DNA from: Eledone cirrhosa
Lineage: Eukaryota
DNA length: 64,000 nucleotides
NCBI GenBank assembly: GCA_964016885.1
Contig: OZ024742.1
Coordinates: 121,830,001 to 121,894,000 of the forward strand
Direction of reading: 5' to 3'
A model generated the notes under the pieces. The model made no database searches, was not told the origin of the DNA, and saw nothing but the letters and a program-made list of their open reading frames with translations. The position numbers were made by a program, and so were the translations under genes. This document shows, piece after piece, positions 56,050 through 64,000 of the stretch; positions within the stretch are counted from its first letter, which is position 1, and the number at the start of each line of letters is the position of its first letter.

Positions 56050-56207
<158 letters not shown>

Positions 56208-57288
56208 GTACATATACATATATAATATATATTTATATATATGACATAGATATATGCGTACTATATATATATATATATGCATGTGTGCGCACGTGTTGGT
56301 GTCTGTGTATGTGTAAAGAGATAGAGAGGGAGAGAGAAGTGAGGCATACCTCGTAAATGTATTCGATTCTTTCTTTTTCTCATTGCTCAATTAATTAAAA
56401 TCTTGATTCTTCTGAGAATTCATCGATTTAAATTTGGCTTCAGATTGATTCGTTTCTTTTACTATCTTTCTATTTATATTCGACAAGTTATTTAAGACAT
56501 GACGCTATAATTACGCTTGTGTGAATATATACTCATTACGTATAAATCATTAGAAATGTCTCACAGTAAGTCCGAAGGCAGCTACTTCATTCACATGTTT
56601 GACATTAAAGACGTGGTTGATTATAGACAGATTAAAAGCATTTCTTTGTGGAAGGATACAAATGAAAGAAATACTCGTAGTTAACAACTTTCTGGTAAAA
56701 TGAGAGCTTATATTCGATCAAATGTTCTCTGTTCGACATCAAGTTACTTAAATCCTGTCTATAGAAAATAATTATACTAATATAGAGCATTCACTGGAAA
56801 ACTTCAGGTAATAATTCTAGGATTCACGACAATGAGAGAGCATCTGCACGGTGTCTCAGGTTGTTTGAAATAGCAACTATGTTTTCCTCATATTGCAATT
56901 ATCATCCTTTAAAAATGGGAATGCCCAGCGAATAAAACGGTCTTACATTCGCTGCCTGAAAAATGATGGCAATATTATGGCCGTAATACCTTTGATCCTA
57001 TGACTTAGATCAGAGTTGGCGTGGAACCAAATAACCACTCCGTTTTACTGGTTGTAGATATAAGGTTATGCTCAGTAAGTGGTTTGAATTCTCAGATGTA
57101 AATACTTCTTTTTGTGTTTTGTTTTTAAATATTACAAAGCTGTTTATACAAAGACAAAAGACGAAGGGAAGAAAACAAAAGGAAATGAAAAAGAAAAAGA
57201 AAGAGAAAAAGAAAGAGAAAGAAGAAATTAACAAACGAAAGAAAGGGAGGGGGGGGGGGAGGCACTATACCCCAGTCTGGGTGGTGCT

Positions 57289-57561
57289 TTAGCTGCGCCT
57301 CGCGGACAAAATGGCAAATGCATTACCGCGAAGAATGGCCAGGGACACCCGTTGCAACAACCGTCCAACCTCACGGGGCTCCTTCCTCAAGCAGGATGTT
57401 ATCTTTCTGATTTTACGGTGGAGATCAGCAGTGCAGAGATCAAAGAATCCTGAGGTTTCGACAGAGACCGATACAAAGATGAAGCGGTTGGTCAAGCCCC
57501 GGTTTTCAACCATCTTCCGCCTCTTAGAAGTGTGAGTTCGGGCCTGCAGACGAAGCGACAA
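57289..57561 (-). mobile_element. CRE-clade non-LTR retrotransposon 3' fragment
   Basis: FVSVSVETSG...LLQRVSLAILRGNAFAIL matches the CRE REL C-terminal QR.S.AIQRGNA signature. Confidence 0.75.
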
Positions 57562-57657
57562 AGTGGAAGACGGAGAAGTTCTTGTATAAACTTATCAAAA
57601 GAAAAACCTGCCATCGCATTCAACGAGTCATGAGATTACGTCATTATTACTATTTTA

Positions 57658-57846
57658 GGCGGTGGATTGGCAGTATCGGTAGAGGGTCGGACGCCATGCT
57701 TTCCAGCATAGTTACGTCCCTTTACGATCTGAGTTCAAATCCCGCCGAGGTTGACTTTGCCTTTCATCCTTACGGGGTCGATAAAATAAAGTACCAGTAA
57801 TGCGTTGGGTGATTGCTGGCCTTGTGCCTAAAGTAGAAACAATTAT
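57658..57846 (+). mobile_element. tRNA-derived SINE with 15-bp TSD
   Basis: TSD attattactatttta at 57643-57657 and 57842-57856. A degenerate antisense copy follows at 57890-58030. Confidence 0.92.
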
Positions 57847-59235
57847 TACTATTTTAATTTTTTGCGCTTTTGTGAGAAAGAGATATAGACCCCAGTACTG
57901 GCACTTTTGATATCGACATGGAATGAACGAAAGGCAAAGTTGACCTCAGCGGGATTTGAACAGCACAGAGCGCCGGAACGAATAACACAAAGCATTCCAT
58001 CTGACGTTCTAATGACTCTGCTAATTTGCCGTCTTTTGTATTTATACTGTATATCTAAATTAAAATACTTTTCTGGACCCCATTTCTGTGATAACGGCAA
58101 TAACTGAATTACAGTTAAGAAACAATAAAATGTTCAGTGGGCCAATATGGAATCGAACATTATCGATATCACTGACCTTTATATCCCACTACTACATTCA
58201 TGCACTATATCAAACCACTAATGCACTTATATAGAAAATAACAAAACAAAACCTTATTAAACAATGTGCAACACATTTCTCCCATGTCTCAAGTTTTATT
58301 TCTATATAGGAATAGATACTTTGATTGAAATTCATTTATTTCATATGTACAAAATGCACAGATGTATGCTATATTTGTATGACTATAGTATTGTAGTCAA
58401 ATACATACTGGAAACACAAAATTGAAGAATTTAACAGAAGGGTGTATTCTGAATTATAGTTTCCAATGAATATAGACAGGTGTTAATAGCTATCTCCATG
58501 AAGGTATATCACCCTTAACAAAGACAATGAAAACTGACGATATATTTACTAGTTTATCTTCACAGTATCTATTTTACTATTAGTATAAATCTAAAATTGA
58601 ATTAAATCTGACTTGCAACATGAAATTAAAGTCACTCTTCTAAAGTTCAAACTGAAGAGGCTATATCAAAAGTTAAAATGATAAGCAATGACTGTAGTTA
58701 TCACAGTGGAGAGAAATATTTCATTGATTTCTTTAGAGAAACACAGATCATACTGAGATGAAACTATTTCATTGCCATTGAAATTTAAGTCACATATACA
58801 ATGTCAGTCAAGCCAATGATATCTGAATAAAGAACTAAACTTAAATTTATACTTCGATGTTTTCAGGTGTTTTCTACACCCCCCACCCCCCACACACACA
58901 TATATATATATGTATATATATCGATACTAGCGGCCTCTCGGACTGTACTGTGCTCAAATCTATTTATAAGGCATTTCTTGGTATCTATCATAATGCCAAT
59001 TTTATTGAAATAAAATATGTTAAAAGGTATTTAAATATTGCACAACATAGTATAAAAAAATTATTTAGAATATCTAAAAAAAATTTCTTAGTGTTCCCTA
59101 GCGGTGCTTTTCTATAAATTTGAACGGCTGAGAGGTGTTTATCTGTCACTCCCCGCCTCTGTTTTCGGAAATAGGAGAAGTTGGCGAGTCAGTTGGATAT
59201 CAGATCGGTCAAAACAAAGGACAAAAACCTAGCGA

Positions 59236-59296
<61 letters not shown>

Positions 59297-59336
59297 AGGA
59301 GGTTATAGTTCACTTGAAGCATTGTGTAATGAGGTA

Positions 59337-59753
59337 TAAACGTTTGTATATGTATAATAAAACCAAAACAATGCAGGTATGGACATAGAATAAAGAATGC
59401 AAATGCAAAAGATATTGTTGACAATTAATCTTTTACCTTAGATTTATTTAAATGTCCTTAATTTTCGAGATAATATCTCTTCTTCGGAGGGAAGTAAAGC
59501 GGTTAAACCAGTCTTCTAAATAGCTTGCCAAGTCAAGTTCTAAATGTTTAGTGTTCTAAATGACTTGGCAAGCTATTTAGAACACTGGTTTAACCGCTTT
59601 ACTTCCCTCCGAAGAAGAGATATTATCTCGAAAATTAAGGACATTTAAATAAATCTAAGGTAAAGACTAATTGTCAACAATATCTTTTGCATTTCCATTC
59701 TTCATTCTATGTCCATACCTGCATTGCTTTGGCTTTATTATACATATACAAAC

Positions 59754-59760
<7 letters not shown>
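59337..59760. mobile_element. Divergent ~200-bp inverted repeat element with HHR-like motifs
   Basis: Arms 59337-59535 and 59561-59760. Motif cct-CCGAAGA-a gagat att atctc-GAAA-att-A-agg at 59606-59640, with its reverse complement at 59456-59490. Confidence 0.7.
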
Positions 59761-59828
<68 letters not shown>

Positions 59829-59899
59829 GAAGAAGACGCATTGCACATCAAGTTGGTAGAGATATTTATTTACGATACATTTATGATATATATTAAATG

Positions 59900-60960
59900 A
59901 ATCCATCGTTAGCTTCTACCACTGCGTCAATACAATGTCTGAAGCGTTACCATGTCCAAATCAGATGATCTCTATCAATATTAGACATTGTGCTGGCAAT
60001 GGTATACTTGATATTCTATAGTGTTGTGAGGGTGATGATTGATCTCTCCTTTAACTACTTCATAGTCTGGGGGATCGAGATTTGATTAACTAGGAGGCCA
60101 TATGTTTGGAAGAATGTGGTCACGCATTAATGTTTGTGTCATTCGGGCCTTATGAGAGGGCGCAGAGTCTAGTTGGAAAACGAACGGTCTTCCGTTGCTT
60201 ACCCTCTCTATACATGGCTTCACAACTGTCACCAACACCCTTAAGCCCTGAGATACAACATGAGGAGGCATGATATCTCCCTCTTTACTGCCGACGCCCA
60301 GAACCATCGGAGTTGTTGGAAATTTGGGACGCATGATCGTTGGTACCTTGTTTGGGTCTCTGCATAGCCATCTATCGTTCCTTAGCTTTACCTTTTGACC
60401 TGATCAAAGGTTTTCTTATTAAAGCATTCCAGCTTCTTGATGTTTTATCTTATTCAGTAAGCATTTTGCACGGACTGAACGATTATCCTTTGTTACATAC
60501 GACATAAACTGGCCTTTCCACATCACATTTGTATCGGATGTAGTCATGGACACCTTCTTTCGATGGCTCATTATGAAACATTAAGGTATTTTGCAATGGC
60601 TCTGATTGACTTTCCTGGTGATGTTTCGATTTGGTTTAAACTTATTTTAAAAAATTAAGCGCTCTGATTATATTAAGAACTTGTGCATGCGTTTTGCGCT
60701 TGGCTGCTAATATTGGATCCCCGTCAACAGCTTCCAGATTCTTTCTAACTTTGAAGACGAAAGATCGGACAACTTTCAAGAAGGAAGCTATCGCTGTATC
60801 AGTGTTGTGCTTTTAAGGCTACGGTTACAGCGTGTCGCTTCATTTGCTGGTCAGTTTAACGTCTGGGATTATTTATCTAAACAATTAATAAAATAAACAA
60901 ATTAGTAATAAGATCGTTAGGTGTTAAGAAAGAGGGGTCCTCAAAACGAGAGGCAACCTC
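59900..60960 (-). mobile_element. Decayed Tc1/mariner transposon (maT/DD37D-like)
   Basis: KFPTTPMVLGVGSKEGDIMPPH, GRPFVFQLDSAPSHKA and IWPPS*SNLDPPDY. A matching TIR pair was not found. Confidence 0.75.
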
Positions 60961-61620
60961 TCTCTCTTTCTCTATATATAACCATGTCTCAAGAAACCTC
61001 TTCTTTGCTGTATAGCGAGGAGAATGTACACACGACATTGTACTTCTGATTTCACATAACTCAAATGAGCCTCAACTAGAAATAGTTTACTCTTGTCTTA
61101 CATCAAATTAATACATGTTAAGCATGTAGTTAATATCTTGTATTCATTTTTATCAGATATATGGTTTGGATCAATTTGGCAATTTGAAGCTAAATGATTT
61201 GAAAATTCGTACTGAAGAGAGCAGTTTGCATTAAGTAAAATCAAAGTTGGCTGCGGAAATGCTTACGTGAGTGCTGATATATAGAAAGTGGAGACATGAT
61301 GTAAATATTGATTTATTACGGTTGTGTGAGGCCTGATAGGAAATTGCCCTCTGTCTCTTACTAGTTTAACACCCACTTATAAATTTCCTTGTTTATATAT
61401 AATTATTCTTTTCTAACTTTTCAATTGGTTGATGACAGTATTTTCTTTGGCAAGCTGGGCTATCATACTGATTCAAAGAAACAAGATTAACTCGCGGGTT
61501 ACAGCCAATATTTGCTCAACAATCGAAATAGATTATTTTTGCAATAGAGGTAAATATATATTTTAAATATTTATTAACGCCTAAACACAAAATGTGTTTT
61601 GCAAATCTCTCACTCTCTCT

Positions 61621-61666
<46 letters not shown>

Positions 61667-61826
61667 TTACATGCATATGAGCAGTTGGTGTACAGATAGC
61701 GTGTATATATTAAGTAATAACAATGAAGTTTCATTTAAATGCTTTTTATAGGTTATCGACATGTTACAAACGTTTCGCAGATGATTAGCTCAAGGTCAAC
61801 TATTGAAGTTATGAAACCGTTTTTTC

Positions 61827-61887
<61 letters not shown>

Positions 61888-61889
<2 letters not shown>

Positions 61890-62675
61890 CGTTTCTGAAT
61901 TTGTTTAGCAAGATTCTTTATCTGAAATCGTGTGTTGAAACCGATATTGTTATACTTTGGGAGGGTCATGTTGCCAATAAGAAACCAATAAGAAACACAC
62001 GCACTGGTGCGTGTGTTTCTTATTGGCAACATGACCCTCCCAAAGTATAACAATATATATATATAATATAATATAAATATGCTGGAACGGGCTGCTATTT
62101 CTAGTAATCCTGTTAATTGCCAATCGTCCATCTCTTGCTACCCTTCTTGTTGTCCGCCTACCACGTGATATTTTCCCTTTCGAAAATATCACCATTAGCG
62201 GTCACTTGAAATTTCCTCTTGATTTGAGAAGAGTTGTGATGTGTCTTAGTAGAGGATATCCTAACTTAGAATATTCCAGTTGTTTGTTACACGCCGAAAC
62301 TGCAGTCGGGATCACGAAATTAATGAGACAACTTTTTTTTATCTTGTTTGCTTTTCCCCACTTACGAATTTATATATATATACAATACATAGAAGATGGC
62401 GTAGGGCAGAACAAAGGAGAGGCACAAAAACAAAGAAAAGAATCCCCGGTCACTGAAGAGGTCACGGAATGTGTGACGAAAGAACTTTGACAATATATAA
62501 ACAACCAACCGGAAATTTATAAATTCCTAAATTTATAAATTTATTATAATAAATTGAAGTGAAAGCATGTGGTGCGTGTGTTTCTTATTGGCAAGATGAC
62601 CCTCCCAAAGTATAACAATATCCGTTTCAACACACGTTTTCAGATAAAGAATCTTGCTAAACAAATTCAGAAACG

Positions 62676-62680
<5 letters not shown>
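61888..62680. mobile_element. Element with inverted termini, an internal palindrome and an HHR
   Basis: 61888-62005 is the reverse complement of 62571-62680. A palindrome spans 61944-62056, and (TA)n flanks the element. Confidence 0.7.
62449..62491 (+). ncRNA. Type-I hammerhead motif
   Basis: gtca-CTGAAGA-g gtcac ggaatgt gtgac-GAAA-gaact-T-tgac. Confidence 0.7.
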
Positions 62681-62708
<28 letters not shown>

Positions 62709-62871
62709 TAAGTATGTTTTGAAACAGCGAGCAAGTTCGAAATTAGAAAATAGAAGCTTTCACCGTCTTTTTTTACTAAATAAATTTTAGCCTGATAGTG
62801 GGGTTTAGAACCCTCAGAGAAATGGAAAAAAGATGAGTATTGACATATATATATATGTATGTATGTATATG

Positions 62872-62948
<77 letters not shown>

Positions 62949-62977
62949 ATATATGTATGTATATATGTATGTATGTA

Positions 62978-63377
62978 AGAGATGACCCCTTAGCCTTTGC
63001 CAAGGCACAATTCTGGAAGAAGGAAAACTCTGATATAACACCTGCAACCCTGATGGTATCCAATGATGTTGACCTATTCTTCTTTTTGGTAAATATCATC
63101 TTGCTTAAGAGAGTGGGACTGGCTTTGTGCAGTGCCTTTGCTCACTATAAAAGCTTCACGGCACAGGCATTGCTTTATATCTGGAGATCTCTCTGCATTT
63201 GTCATCACATGGTACCATAGGCCCAGCACTATGTGTCAATAATTGTCACAAGTGTAGTGTTTGTACCAGAGTTTTCAAGTCGCTGGCTGGACTAAAAAGA
63301 CACATCGGTAGGGGTTCTCCTACATGGATATAAAGTAGTGGCCGTACTCGAAAACGAGGTGGCAGCCACCATGTATG

Positions 63378-63380
<3 letters not shown>
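62978..63380 (+). mobile_element. Short bipartite RTE derivative (5' UTR + zinc-finger 3' end)
   Basis: The 5' part resembles 47690-47770. The 3' part encodes HKCSVCTRVFKSLAGLKRHI and ends ctcgaaaacgaggtggcagccaccatgtatg, like 51350-51380. Confidence 0.7.
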
Positions 63381-63450
<70 letters not shown>

Positions 63451-63599
63451 GCGTGTGTGTGTGTGTGGATGTGCGTAGAAAATCGAATAAAATATCACAT
63501 ATATACAGAAAAATGTCACCAGTTCTATGCCTGCAGAAATTATTTCTATAATAAAACATACCCGTTTTAACACTGGTCTATATACATATTGACCATGAA

Positions 63600-63905
63600 C
63601 TGGCAGCAAAAGAAATGAAACATTTCAAGGGAATTATCGGAGACAGCTGACAAGGGAAGTCACTATATTTGACACAATGAGATGAATGGTGGACCTAGCA
63701 CTTAGAACTGGCGGAGATTGTACAGGGGACTCACCAAAAACTTTGCTGTGACGGAGGAGTTTCGTCAACTACATCGGAGGGTCGCTGTGAATATCTGTGG
63801 TGTCACGAAGAGGTCGAAATACAGAGTTAATTCAGCTGCTGATGAGACATCGACTCCTGCATTCATCGGTGCAGGACAACAGCACCTCAATGCACAGGTG
63901 TGTTT
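63600..63905 (+). mobile_element. Possible L1/Tx1-like 3' relic
   Basis: WRRLYRGLTKN..LHRRVAVN..ADETSTPAF loosely resembles the zf-RVT region. Confidence 0.25.
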
Positions 63906-64000
63906 ATTAAGTATATATATATATATAGGTGTGTTTACTAAGTATATATATAAATACTGCCAAAATTCATCGCTAAGGCTTTCAAATATGTATTCCTAAA

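Overview
This is AT-rich, microsatellite-dense eukaryotic DNA made almost entirely of retroelements, with no confidently identifiable host gene. The tRNA-derived SINE family and the repeat landscape suggest an octopus or other cephalopod (inference). The window holds several Penelope-like elements (PLEs; RT plus C-terminal GIY-YIG) of two types and a young, nearly intact R4/Dong-clade non-LTR element inserted twice into a (CATA)n tract. It also holds RTE and RTE-X LINEs, a CRE fragment, possible L1/Tx1 relics, a decayed maT-like Tc1/mariner and about ten SINE copies. The main signal not explained by the ORF track is roughly 20 type-I minimal hammerhead ribozyme (HHR) motifs, read and paired by eye on both strands. 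Some sit in PLE 3' ends. Others sit in non-coding, highly self-complementary monomers of about 310-316 bp and 460-465 bp, arranged as tandem plus inverted copies inside (TA)n tracts. These look like retrozyme-like elements predicted to give circular RNAs, with stems that covary between relatives. A second recurring pattern is long fold-back hairpins that pivot on hammerhead stem II. All structure calls were made manually, with no folding or database search.
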